From contig CAZDQE010000004.1 of the NCBI GenBank assembly GCA_964507395.1, forward strand, positions 1,048 to 65,047: a stretch of 64,000 bases of DNA, written 5' to 3'. Below the pieces are notes generated by a model. That model had not been told where the DNA came from and searched no databases. It was given only the letters and a program-made list of their open reading frames with translations. Each line of letters opens with the position of its first letter. Position 1 is the first letter of the stretch. Of this stretch, positions 1 to 7,801 are shown one piece after another. The stretch is from an uncultured Eubacteriales bacterium (GTDB taxonomy: Bacteria; Bacillota; Clostridia; Oscillospirales; Acutalibacteraceae). Made by a program: the position numbers and the translations under genes.

Positions 1-115
1 CTAACTGCTGACGGCATCGCAGGTCCGAAAACATGGGTAAAATTGTAATATAAACCACTAAAGTGTATTTTTTTCTAAAATATCGTAATATTTTCTTGAA
101 AAGTGTAAAATTTAT

Positions 116-160
116 CCCCCTATTGTAGTTAACGCTACAGTAGGGGGATTTTTTTATTTT
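116..160 (+). terminator. Rho-independent terminator of an upstream (off-window) + strand gene
   Basis: Stem CCCCCTATTGTAG / CTACAGTAGGGGG (one mismatch), loop TTAACG, followed by ATTTTTTTATTTT. Confidence 0.6.
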
Positions 161-241
161 GTATCGCATTTCGTTATAATATATCGTTTTCAGGTTTATT
201 ATAGAACATATTGATATAATATAACGGAAGGGGCGAGTCGT

Positions 242-487
242 GTGATTAGAATTTTACTTTCAAAAAAATTAGGCGAGCTTCGATGGACTCAGGCTGATTT
301 AGCGAGAAAGACGGGAATAAGACCTAACGCCATCAGCGACATATACAATGAGATGGTCGACAGAGTGAGTTTAGAATATCTCGACAGAATATGTGCTGCA
401 TTGAATTGTGAACTTTCTGAAATTCTCGTGCGAGAGCCCACGGAGATTCCAGAAATGGAAAGTCGCTCCAAATCAATCCAAAAGTAA
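242..487 (+). CDS. XRE/Cro-C1 family helix-turn-helix transcriptional regulator (81 aa, GTG start)
   Basis: The sequence LGELRWTQADLARKTGIRPNAISDIYN...VSLEYLDRICAALNCELSEIL is a typical HTH_XRE fold pattern. GGAAGGGG RBS upstream. Confidence 0.8.
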   Translation: MIRILLSKKLGELRWTQADLARKTGIRPNAISDIYNEMVDRVSLEYLDRICAALNCELSEILVREPTEIPEMESRSKSIQK

Positions 488-492
488 GAAAA

Positions 493-537
493 AGACCGTA
501 GAAGGCACCTGGAAAGGTGTTTTCTATGGTCTTTATT
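493..537 (+). terminator. Terminator of the XRE gene
   Basis: Stem AGACCGTAGAA / TTCTATGGTCT (one G-U) enclosing an inner CACCT/AGGTG stem, then a T-rich tail. Confidence 0.55.
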
Positions 538-550
538 ACTGATAACATGG

Positions 551-658
551 GTGTGCTAATTCTTCGGTGCCGATGTCAGTCAATAAACCTTTGAGTTCAG
601 GATAAGGCATTGCGAAACGCTGGCTCAAATATCGCAATGAAGCGCCAAGCTCACCATC
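551..658 (-). pseudogene. cotJC: cotJC middle fragment (about codons 33-69 of a CotJC/manganese-catalase-family spore coat protein)
   Basis: Minus-strand translation 658->551 is DGELGASLRYLSQRFAMPYPELKGLLTDIGTEELAH. It is colinear with the family region GG.DGEL.A.LRYL.QR....LLTDIGTEE.AH and has no start codon of its own. Confidence 0.8.
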
Positions 659-675
659 CCGACAACTGATTTTAT
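655..675. repeat. attL-like junction: core CATC (655-658) plus element-side arm CAACTGATTTTAT (663-675)
   Basis: The same 4-bp core occurs at the other junction. The arm is the inverted complement (12/13) of the arm at 10868-10880. Confidence 0.7.
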
Positions 676-701
676 AGTTTGTCTTTTTTATTCTTTTATT
701 T

Positions 702-2291
702 TTAATCAAACGGATTGCTGAATTTATAATTTATAACAATCTCATTTGACTTGTATATATAAATACTTTCTATCAATTGACCTATAAGTAAGGGCGAAAC
801 AGTATCAAAAGAAACAATGCTTTTTATTAATTCAAAAACCTGCTCAGGCTTTTTCTTTTCTTTTGCCTGAGTTGCTTCTTCTTCAATTTTTGAAAGTTTC
901 TTTGATAATGTTTCCTTTTCTTCGTTAAACTCTGAAATCATTGTCAAAAAATCTTCTTCTGATATTATTCCTCTTACTTTATCCTCATACAGAGATTTAA
1001 TTATTCGTTTTATTTCAGTTAATCGTTTCAATATCGTTTCTGTTTCTTTTTCTGCATTTACAGCATTCAAATCAACATTTTCAATATTGAAGCTTTTGCA
1101 AAATTCGTCTTTGTTGTCAAATACTTTTTCAGATATGGTTTTCAGATGTGATAAAACATATTTATTTAAAACATCTTCCTTTATAACATTTCTCTGACAT
1201 TTATCTTTTCCGAATCTTGAATAACCTGAACACAGACATATAAATTCTTTCTTTTTTCCTACTCGTCTGAATGTCATCGGCATTTTGCAGTCACCGCAGA
1301 AGATAATACCGCCTAATAAGTGATTTACTCGTTCAACTGGATATTGCAATTGTGATTTCTGCTTTATTCGTTCCTGAACGGTGTTAAAATCTTCTTTGCT
1401 GACAATAGCTTCGTGTGTATCTTCTGCTATTATCCAGTCTTTGCGAGGGATTTTCTTAAATTTTTTCATTTTATAGCTTATCTTCTCGCTTCTGTGCTGT
1501 GCCATGTTTCCTATATATGTAGGATTCGTCAAAATACCCTTTATGGTTTCCGTTCTCCATACATTGTATTTTATATTGACATTGACATAAGAAAGATTTT
1601 GAACAGTCTTTTTATACTCCGTCGGAGTAGGTACAGATTCATCTGTTAAAGTTTTTGCTATCATTGCCATACTGTAACCGTTTAAATACATTGAAAAAAT
1701 ACGTTTTACTGTTTCAGAACCAATAGGGTCAATAATCAGTTTGTTTTTATCATTTTTAGATTTCAAATACCCAAACGGAGCAAAAGCACCGATAAATTGA
1801 CCGTTAATTCTTTTTGTATCCATAACAGTACGAATTTTCTTTGATATGTCTTTTGCATACATGTCGTTTAATACGGACTTAAACGGTGTCATATCGTTGT
1901 TAGCAGATTTTGCAAATGTGTCTATACCGTCACTTAAAGCTATATATCTGATGTTTTTCTGTGGAAAGTATCTTTCAATATAATAGCCTGTGTCTATGTA
2001 ATCTCTGCCAAGTCTTGATAAGTCTTTAGTTATCACCAAATTAATTTTTTTGTTTTCTATGTCAGCAATCATCTTCCTGAAATCAGGGCGGTCAAAATTA
2101 AGACCTGAATATCCGTCATCAATATAGATTTTTGTAATATTCCAACCTTTTTCAAGAACATAATTAACTAAATAGTCTTTTTGATTTTTAATGCTCATTG
2201 ACTGTCCGCTTTCTTCATCTTCACGGGAAAGTCTTAAATATAGACCGACATTATAAACCATTGTATCTAAGCAGTTATTTTGAGTTATCAT
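702..2291 (-). CDS. Large serine recombinase (resolvase/invertase N-domain + recombinase domain + zinc ribbon + coiled coil), 529 aa
   Basis: N-terminal VGLYLRLSREDEESGQSMSIKNQ (catalytic Ser context). Central recombinase domain. Cys cluster CGDCKMPM...CLCSGYSRFGKDKCQ. Lys/Glu-rich coiled-coil tail. Confidence 0.9.
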   Translation of the reverse strand: MITQNNCLDTMVYNVGLYLRLSREDEESGQSMSIKNQKDYLVNYVLEKGWNITKIYIDDGYSGLNFDRPDFRKMIADIENKKINLVITKDLSRLGRDYIDTGYYIERYFPQKNIRYIALSDGIDTFAKSANNDMTPFKSVLNDMYAKDISKKIRTVMDTKRINGQFIGAFAPFGYLKSKNDKNKLIIDPIGSETVKRIFSMYLNGYSMAMIAKTLTDESVPTPTEYKKTVQNLSYVNVNIKYNVWRTETIKGILTNPTYIGNMAQHRSEKISYKMKKFKKIPRKDWIIAEDTHEAIVSKEDFNTVQERIKQKSQLQYPVERVNHLLGGIIFCGDCKMPMTFRRVGKKKEFICLCSGYSRFGKDKCQRNVIKEDVLNKYVLSHLKTISEKVFDNKDEFCKSFNIENVDLNAVNAEKETETILKRLTEIKRIIKSLYEDKVRGIISEEDFLTMISEFNEEKETLSKKLSKIEEEATQAKEKKKPEQVFELIKSIVSFDTVSPLLIGQLIESIYIYKSNEIVINYKFSNPFD

Positions 2292-2312
2292 TTAATCCTC
2301 CTTTTCCTCAAA

Positions 2313-2480
2313 TTAATAACTACTCATAGACTGATTATATTTTACACTATTTTCTGTTAATTGCCAATGTTTTAAAGGCATTTTAACAAGATTATTTATA
2401 TGTATTTCTACTATCTTTTTAAAACTTACTTCCTCTTTTGTATAGTTAGCTGTTACTATATATTTATTTTCATTGAACAT
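2313..2480 (-). CDS. Small hypothetical protein (55 aa from MFNENKY...) immediately upstream of, and co-oriented with, the serine recombinase
   Basis: ORF with a GAGGTGG RBS 6 nt before the ATG at 2480. No recognisable motifs. Its position is compatible with a regulator or directionality factor, but this is unproven. Confidence 0.35.
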   Translation of the reverse strand: MFNENKYIVTANYTKEEVSFKKIVEIHINNLVKMPLKHWQLTENSVKYNQSMSSY

Positions 2481-2629
2481 ATACACCACCTCAATAAATT
2501 TTATGTGATACATATGTTCAATATGTAAATATCAAAAAAACGCCCAGCATGGACGCGTTTTATTAATTATGAAGAGGGGAGTTTACCCCATTCAGACAAA
2601 GGTTGCCTGAATGGGGAGTGTCTTGTATA

Positions 2630-5600
2630 TTAGCTGATTTTAATTCGCATTGCAGGTCGAATACCGATAGAAGTATCTTCAGCAGGCCATTCTCTTCCAT
2701 AAAACTCACCGCCGACATGTCCTTCTAATCCAACACCGAGAGCATTGTTACTAAAAATTCCACCTGCTGTTCTAAGTCTCCAATACGATTTTCCACAGTC
2801 ATCGCCATAAAAATTAACATCTGACGGAACATATAAACCTTGACATTTAGCATAGTCTGTACCCCAAGCCACTCTTGATATATCTGAACCTTTACTTGAA
2901 AAACCATAATTTGAATTTAGTGCTTCATTGTATGATAACAAAAATATTTTATCTGATGTTGATTTACTACTGAATTCTTTGTAATCAGTATCTGAACAGT
3001 TATTACTAACTATTGTCGACTTAATTTGATTTTTTTCGTTATCGCTAAAAGCTACTTTGTAGAAATCATTATTTAACCATTTTCTTATTGAGCTAGTCTC
3101 ATAATTATTAGCATAGTGTTTGCAATTAGAATCACTGTATAATGATAAATAATAGTCAGAAGGATTTTCTTTATAATAAATTGTATCCGTGAATGGTTGA
3201 GAGTCAATTATACTTTCGCACATAGCAAGTCCATTATTGGGGTCTAAAATTCGCCATTTTAATGGCTCATACTTAAACCAATATATCGTATTCTTGTGAT
3301 AACCGTTTTCATATTGCCAAGACCAATCACGTTCTTGAGATTCTTGTACATCTGTTGGTCTATATTTAGAAAAAGTTACTGCACGATATTTATTGCCTTT
3401 ATATGTAACCTCAGCATATTTCATGTAGTCACTTTTTACCATTGAGCCATACTCGCCATTTCCTGAGTAATAGCCGTATGATTTCCAGTTTAATGTCTGA
3501 CTGTTAAGAGCAGAAATCAAGTTCCTATCGGTTACTTTAGACTGTGGATATGAGCCAAAAGTAATAACATCTCCAACCTTATATTTTGTAGTGCTTGTTT
3601 TGTCAGATTTATTAGAATTTGACTCATTTTGATTATTTTTCGACAACAAAACAGCCTCAACAAGCTTGATGTTTTCAGAATTAACATTAATACTAATATA
3701 CCGTGTATCAGTATCAAGTAAATAGTCATCATGGGTAAAATGTAACGAGTAAATACCATAAGGAAGATTAAGAGAAAACTGCCCGTTCTTGTCAGTTGTT
3801 ACCGTGGCTATCAAGTCAGCATTCTCGCTTTCATTGTCAGTTACCTTAACAGTAACCCCTGAAATTGCTTTTCCTGTTGATATATCCTTAACCGTTCCTA
3901 TCACATTACCCATCTTCGGGGACATATATACTGTATTAAGATTAACATTTTCTACATCTTTTTCTATAACAGTTTTAACGGTTTTTGTTACAAAGTTATC
4001 AGATGTTATTGTCAAAGTATATGTTCCGACAGGCAAAGTCAATTCAAATTTTCCCGTTTCATCTGTTACTGTAGTGCGTTTTGCACCGTTTACATCTACT
4101 GTAACAGTAATATTATTTAATGGCTTGTCTGTATCTTTTTCTTTAACAAAAGCTGTAACTGTACCATAACCGATATCAGTTCTACGTATTGCTTCTTCAA
4201 CAGCCAGTTTTGCATTTACCATTTTATATGTATTGTTTAATGGGTGTTTTCCGTCAGGGTTATCATTTACAGTAATTGATGTATAATTACATACCATTTC
4301 TTTTACTTCTGCACCTGTGAAATTAGAATTTACAGACCAAACTAAACCACATACACCTGTAACTTGCGGTGCAGCCATTGAAGTGCCACTCAATAGACCG
4401 TAATTGTTATCAACAGTTGTACTATATATATCAGTTCCTGGGGCGCAAATATCAACTCTTGTCCCACCATTTGAATCTATTGCTTGCTGATACGTACCGT
4501 CAGAATTCTTTTTTGCATTACCGACAACAATAATTCTGTTAAGTATATCATGCTTCATTTTTTCGGTTGAAGCAACAACATTATTTTCAGTAACAGAACA
4601 CCAATAGCCATTGTTTGTTGCGTCCACAGCAATTTGTTCAATTGTGTTTCGAGCAACTTCTACAGGAGTACCATTTCCTGATGACTGGACAACCAAAAAA
4701 TCATAATTATCATTTAATAAATTTTCCATAACTTGACAAGCTTTTTTAGCCTGTTCATCTTTCCAAGTTTGAGAAAAATTTACTGAACCTCGTTCACTGC
4801 TATATACAGAAACAAAACCATTGTTGTCTATTTCTGTGGCACCTGAACAACCCAAAGAAAAGTTAACAACTTTTGCTCCTTTTGTTACTGAATCTTCAAG
4901 AGATTTCAATACCCGTGAGGCTGAATCCCATTGTTGTTTTCCTTTGGTTTCATTTGGTAACCAGTCACTGTAAATTATATTAACTTTTTTTAATATACCA
5001 GTTATTCCTTTATTATCGGCTATAGAACCAATAATTCCTGCAACATGTGTGCCGTGACTATTAGTAATTTCTTTTTTCTGTTTCTCATTCCATTCTTTAT
5101 AGTCATTTTCGCTTTCCATATTTTCCGTTGACGGGGTAAAAATTCCATTTAAATCTTCATGGTCTAAATCAAAACCAGTATCAACAACACCTATTTCTAT
5201 TTCAGAAAATCGGTTTTCATAGTTATATACAGAAGAAACTTCCATAGCTTCATATCCCCAGTCACCGATATCTTCCCAATATTTATATGCTACCATTGAT
5301 TCCCGAATATCAGTATCTGGAACTACTTTATCCGCAGTATTTATCATTGCAGCGAAAACTTCGTCTTTTTCCTCTAACTCACTACTTATTTTTTTTAGTT
5401 CTTTATATGATTTTTCATCAATTTTGATATCCCAAATCGAACCGCCCCTGCCTGCAATTTCTCCATTATACGGTTTTATGATTTCAAGTATTTCATCTTC
5501 TGTGACATCATCTTCAAATATAACTAAAAGAATATTATTTACATAGGTTATACCAGTTTCTTCATCATATCTTACCTTGCTTTCGTCAAATGTATAGGAA

Positions 5601-5983
5601 GTTCCACTATCGTAATGAATATTAATTGTTTCTGTTGTACTTCCTTTATCAGTTTTAGCGGTAATAACAATTTCGTTTTCTCCAGAAACTAAAAATACTT
5701 CTTTGATATACCAATTGTTTTTATTGACTACAGCTTTTCCAGACCAATAAACATCTCCATTTTGATATCCCTCATAGATTATCTCCTCAACAGTATCAGA
5801 AGTTTCTATTGTTCCTGAAAGACTTGTTTTGCTTTTAATTGTGTCAAAGTCTTTTTGGTCAATGGTTAATTTTATGTTGCTGTTATTATCAGAGTTATTC
5901 AGACAAAATATAGCCACTATAATAGCCGAAACTACAACTGTTATAGCTAAAATTAGAATTAGCATTTTTTTCGATTTCTTCAT
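2630..5983 (-). CDS. Secreted subtilisin-like serine protease (peptidase S8), 1117 aa, with CarboxypepD_reg-like beta-sandwich repeats and a C-terminal FGSYPQ-type (DUF6273-like) domain
   Basis: N-terminal signal/anchor MKKSKKMLILILAITVVVSAIIV. Catalytic triad contexts VVDTGFDLDHEDL, HGTHVAGIIGS, GTSMAAPQVTG. Two GxV.D..TGK...V.V repeats. C-terminal VGDVITFGSYPQSKV... segment. Confidence 0.85.
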   Translation of the reverse strand: MKKSKKMLILILAITVVVSAIIVAIFCLNNSDNNSNIKLTIDQKDFDTIKSKTSLSGTIETSDTVEEIIYEGYQNGDVYWSGKAVVNKNNWYIKEVFLVSGENEIVITAKTDKGSTTETINIHYDSGTSYTFDESKVRYDEETGITYVNNILLVIFEDDVTEDEILEIIKPYNGEIAGRGGSIWDIKIDEKSYKELKKISSELEEKDEVFAAMINTADKVVPDTDIRESMVAYKYWEDIGDWGYEAMEVSSVYNYENRFSEIEIGVVDTGFDLDHEDLNGIFTPSTENMESENDYKEWNEKQKKEITNSHGTHVAGIIGSIADNKGITGILKKVNIIYSDWLPNETKGKQQWDSASRVLKSLEDSVTKGAKVVNFSLGCSGATEIDNNGFVSVYSSERGSVNFSQTWKDEQAKKACQVMENLLNDNYDFLVVQSSGNGTPVEVARNTIEQIAVDATNNGYWCSVTENNVVASTEKMKHDILNRIIVVGNAKKNSDGTYQQAIDSNGGTRVDICAPGTDIYSTTVDNNYGLLSGTSMAAPQVTGVCGLVWSVNSNFTGAEVKEMVCNYTSITVNDNPDGKHPLNNTYKMVNAKLAVEEAIRRTDIGYGTVTAFVKEKDTDKPLNNITVTVDVNGAKRTTVTDETGKFELTLPVGTYTLTITSDNFVTKTVKTVIEKDVENVNLNTVYMSPKMGNVIGTVKDISTGKAISGVTVKVTDNESENADLIATVTTDKNGQFSLNLPYGIYSLHFTHDDYLLDTDTRYISINVNSENIKLVEAVLLSKNNQNESNSNKSDKTSTTKYKVGDVITFGSYPQSKVTDRNLISALNSQTLNWKSYGYYSGNGEYGSMVKSDYMKYAEVTYKGNKYRAVTFSKYRPTDVQESQERDWSWQYENGYHKNTIYWFKYEPLKWRILDPNNGLAMCESIIDSQPFTDTIYYKENPSDYYLSLYSDSNCKHYANNYETSSIRKWLNNDFYKVAFSDNEKNQIKSTIVSNNCSDTDYKEFSSKSTSDKIFLLSYNEALNSNYGFSSKGSDISRVAWGTDYAKCQGLYVPSDVNFYGDDCGKSYWRLRTAGGIFSNNALGVGLEGHVGGEFYGREWPAEDTSIGIRPAMRIKIS

Positions 5984-6049
5984 TTTTACACACTCCTTAA
6001 ATTATTTGAAAGATAATGCATAATTCGCAAAAAGCTACGAAAAATAATG

Positions 6050-6062
6050 ATAAAATCAGTTG
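6050..6062. repeat. Third, internal copy of the serine-recombinase arm motif ATAAAATCAGTTG
   Basis: 13/13 identical to the reverse complement of 663-675 and 12/13 to 10868-10880. Lies between the S8 gene start and the left 28-bp inverted repeat. Confidence 0.7.
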
Positions 6063-6069
6063 ACCCCCT

Positions 6070-6097
6070 TTTTCGTGAAGTTTACAACTTTGCGAAA
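6070..6097. repeat. Left copy of a perfect 28-bp inverted repeat (TTTTCGTGAAGTTTACAACTTTGCGAAA) bracketing the tyrosine integrase gene
   Basis: Exact reverse complement of 7420-7447, checked base by base. Confidence 0.9.
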
Positions 6098-6142
6098 AAA
6101 AAGCAAGAAGCCCTGATTTTCAAGGTTTCTTGCTTTTTTTTG
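6094..6142. terminator. Bidirectional intrinsic terminator downstream of the integrase gene
   Basis: A-run, stem AAGCAAGAA / TTCTTGCTT, then T8. It reads as a terminator on both strands. Confidence 0.6.
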
Positions 6143-6158
6143 ACCCATTTTTTGACCC

Positions 6159-7250
6159 CTAAAAGCAAACCGCAAGTTTTTCTATATTCTGCTTTTTGTA
6201 CTCTATTGTAGGGTGTACATATCTATCTAATGTAAAGCTGACTGTTGAATGTCCCAGTATTTCGCTTAATGTTTTTATATCAATATTTTGTTCAACTGCT
6301 CTTGTTGCAAATGTATGTCTTAATGCATGATAATTAATATTTCTGATTCCTGTCTGTTCCAAATATCTTTTAAATCTGTATTGATATGCTCTCGGCTCTG
6401 TGTACTTTCTTTCATTACCTGTTAAAATATATTCTTTCGGCAAACTGTATTTTGATAATATTTTAAGTTCTGATAATAAAAATTCGGGAATAGGTATTTT
6501 TCTTATTGATTTTATACTCTTGGGAGTGTCTATTATAATTTTGGTCTTGTTTTCTGTGCTTTTATCTGTGACTGGTATTCTTTGAAGAGTTTTTGTAATG
6601 CTTATTATTCCTGTATTTAAATCTATATCCTGCCATTGTAAAGCACAGACTTCACCTAAACGAAGTCCTGCAAATAGTGATAATAAAATTCCTATATTTT
6701 CACGGTTAATATCTTGTTTGATTTTGTTTACTAAAAATTCCTGTTCGCTTTTGCTTAATACTTCTAAATCTTTCCTCGGTACGATAGGTCTTGCGAAATC
6801 GTATATTAAAGGTTGTATATATTTTTCTCTTTCTGCGTATTTCAATATCTGAACAAGTACAGCTGTTATATCCTGAATACTTTTTTCTCCTAACTTGCCC
6901 TGTTGTATCTTATATTTAATAAATGAATTTATATTGTTTCTGTCAATTTTAGATATATGAGTATTATTAAAATATGGTATAAGGTGTCTGTTCATTATTC
7001 CGTTATATCTTGCAATGGTAGATTGTTTATTTTTGATTTCTTTTTCTTTAAGCCACTCCTTACATAAGATTTCAAAGGATATTTTAGATTTTATCGGTTT
7101 ATCTTCTTTTAATTCTGATGTTCGCATTTTGCTTTTTACTTCGGTGTAGGTGGGAGCATAAATTGATTTATATTTGCCTGTATCAGTTAAAACTCTTGCT
7201 TCCCAACGTCCGTCTTTTCGTTTTCGTATATTTTCTCCTCGTTTCGGCAT
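6159..7250 (-). CDS. Tyrosine site-specific integrase with N-terminal arm-binding-type domain (363 aa)
   Basis: N-terminus RKRKDGRWEARV (Tn916-Int-like arm-binding fold pattern). Catalytic contexts AGLRLGEVCALQW, HALRHTFATRA, LGHSTVSFTLDRYVH (R..HxxR..H..Y). Confidence 0.9.
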   Translation of the reverse strand: MPKRGENIRKRKDGRWEARVLTDTGKYKSIYAPTYTEVKSKMRTSELKEDKPIKSKISFEILCKEWLKEKEIKNKQSTIARYNGIMNRHLIPYFNNTHISKIDRNNINSFIKYKIQQGKLGEKSIQDITAVLVQILKYAEREKYIQPLIYDFARPIVPRKDLEVLSKSEQEFLVNKIKQDINRENIGILLSLFAGLRLGEVCALQWQDIDLNTGIISITKTLQRIPVTDKSTENKTKIIIDTPKSIKSIRKIPIPEFLLSELKILSKYSLPKEYILTGNERKYTEPRAYQYRFKRYLEQTGIRNINYHALRHTFATRAVEQNIDIKTLSEILGHSTVSFTLDRYVHPTIEYKKQNIEKLAVCF

Positions 7251-7364
7251 AGATACCAGTCCTTTCTGACCCTTATTTTGACCCCCAATAAACAGAAAAA
7301 TGATGATGTTTTAATCTTTGAGAATAAAAATATCTTTCTGCACCTTCTAAATTAGCGTAAAATA

Positions 7365-7393
7365 TTGACATTTGCTGAAATTTTATATAAAAT
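7365..7393 (+). promoter_or_regulatory. Near-consensus sigma-A-type promoter (TTGACA-17 bp-TAAAAT) facing rightwards, just inside the right 28-bp inverted repeat
   Basis: TTGACA at 7365-7370, a 17-nt spacer, TAAAAT at 7388-7393. Confidence 0.45.
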
Positions 7394-7419
7394 TTAGGTG
7401 AAATAAGAAAGATTTTGGC

Positions 7420-7447
7420 TTTCGCAAAGTTGTAAACTTCACGAAAA
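7420..7447. repeat. Right copy of the perfect 28-bp inverted repeat
   Basis: TTTCGCAAAGTTGTAAACTTCACGAAAA is the exact reverse complement of 6070-6097. Confidence 0.9.
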
Positions 7448-7507
7448 TACAAGTATGTAATCTCATTTTTATGTTATAAATATATTCAATTAAATCCATT
7501 ATATTCC

Positions 7508-7536
7508 AGACAGGCTGAAAAGCTTGTCTTTTTTTG
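7508..7536 (+). terminator. Possible intrinsic terminator (weak stem) about 120 nt downstream of the 7365 promoter
   Basis: Stem AGACAGGC / GCTTGTCT (one G-U), loop TGAAAA, then a T run. Confidence 0.4.
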
Positions 7537-7621
7537 TCTGCAAGTGTTCTTTTTGGTTGATACAAAAGTGTTCTTTTTTATCAAGACACACCATAATATT
7601 AAAATAGGAAAAGTAAAGTCC

Positions 7622-7740
7622 GCAACTGCCTATATTACACACAAACGAAGTTTTACGAGTGTGAGGGGTCTCGACTTTGCACCCGAGACCCCTCACACTC
7701 ATCATGGTAAAACTTTTCGTTATGTGTGTTATGCAGTTGC
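7622..7740. repeat. ~120-nt imperfect palindrome with a perfect 17-bp core stem; candidate oriT or structured leader of the Replic_Relax operon
   Basis: Core GAGTGTGAGGGGTCTCG (7657-7673) / CGAGACCCCTCACACTC (7684-7700). Outer pairings ACACACAAACGAAGTTTTAC~GTAAAACTTTTCGTTATGTGTGT and GCAACTGC (7622-7629) / GCAGTTGC (7733-7740). Confidence 0.75.
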
Positions 7741-7801
7741 TGATGTGTTGTGTGTTTTGGTGTTTGTATTTGTTTGTTAGTTTAGTGTGTGGTGAGTTGT
7801 T

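Larger units (their letters stand above)
1..550. mobile_element. Right-hand end of a second inserted DNA segment abutting the middle cotJC fragment; continues beyond the left edge of the window
   Basis: The minus-strand cotJC frame stops resembling the CotJC/Mn-catalase family right after ...TEELAH (His codon 553-551) and reads PCYQ-stop. DNA to the left carries an XRE regulator with flanking terminators instead of cotJC sequence. Confidence 0.45.

Noticed and set aside
333-548. 71-aa minus-strand ORF starting at the cotJC/insert junction (MLSVIKTIENTF...), and the 60-aa ORF at 289-471.
   Set aside because: Both are antisense to the well-supported XRE gene and have no motifs. The first begins inside the foreign DNA after the cotJC frame breaks. 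They are likely spurious.
30-552. 9-bp direct repeat AACATGGGT at 30-38 and 544-552, which could have been target-site duplications of a ~0.5-kb mini-element carrying only the XRE gene.
   Set aside because: Deleting the interval does not restore a CotJC-like frame: the minus-strand reading past position 38 gives PCFRTCDAVSS-stop or other non-CotJC peptides. A single 9-mer match in AT-rich DNA is also weak evidence.
2500-2545. CATA-type -10-like sequences (CATATGTA, CATAAAAT) and GATATT upstream of the small ORF/serine recombinase operon, as possible sigma-E/sigma-K mother-cell promoters.
   Set aside because: Spacing between the -35-like and -10-like elements does not fit the consensus that I can recall, and such A/T-rich words are common here. 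It is kept only as something to test, not as a feature.
7383-7780. Three 60-78-aa ORFs (7383-7565 -, 7499-7705 -, 7544-7780 +) in the integrase/Replic_Relax intergenic region.
   Set aside because: They run through the 28-bp repeat, the terminator-like hairpin, the long palindrome and the G/T tract. They overlap each other, have no RBS and have odd composition. The region is better explained as regulatory or structural DNA.
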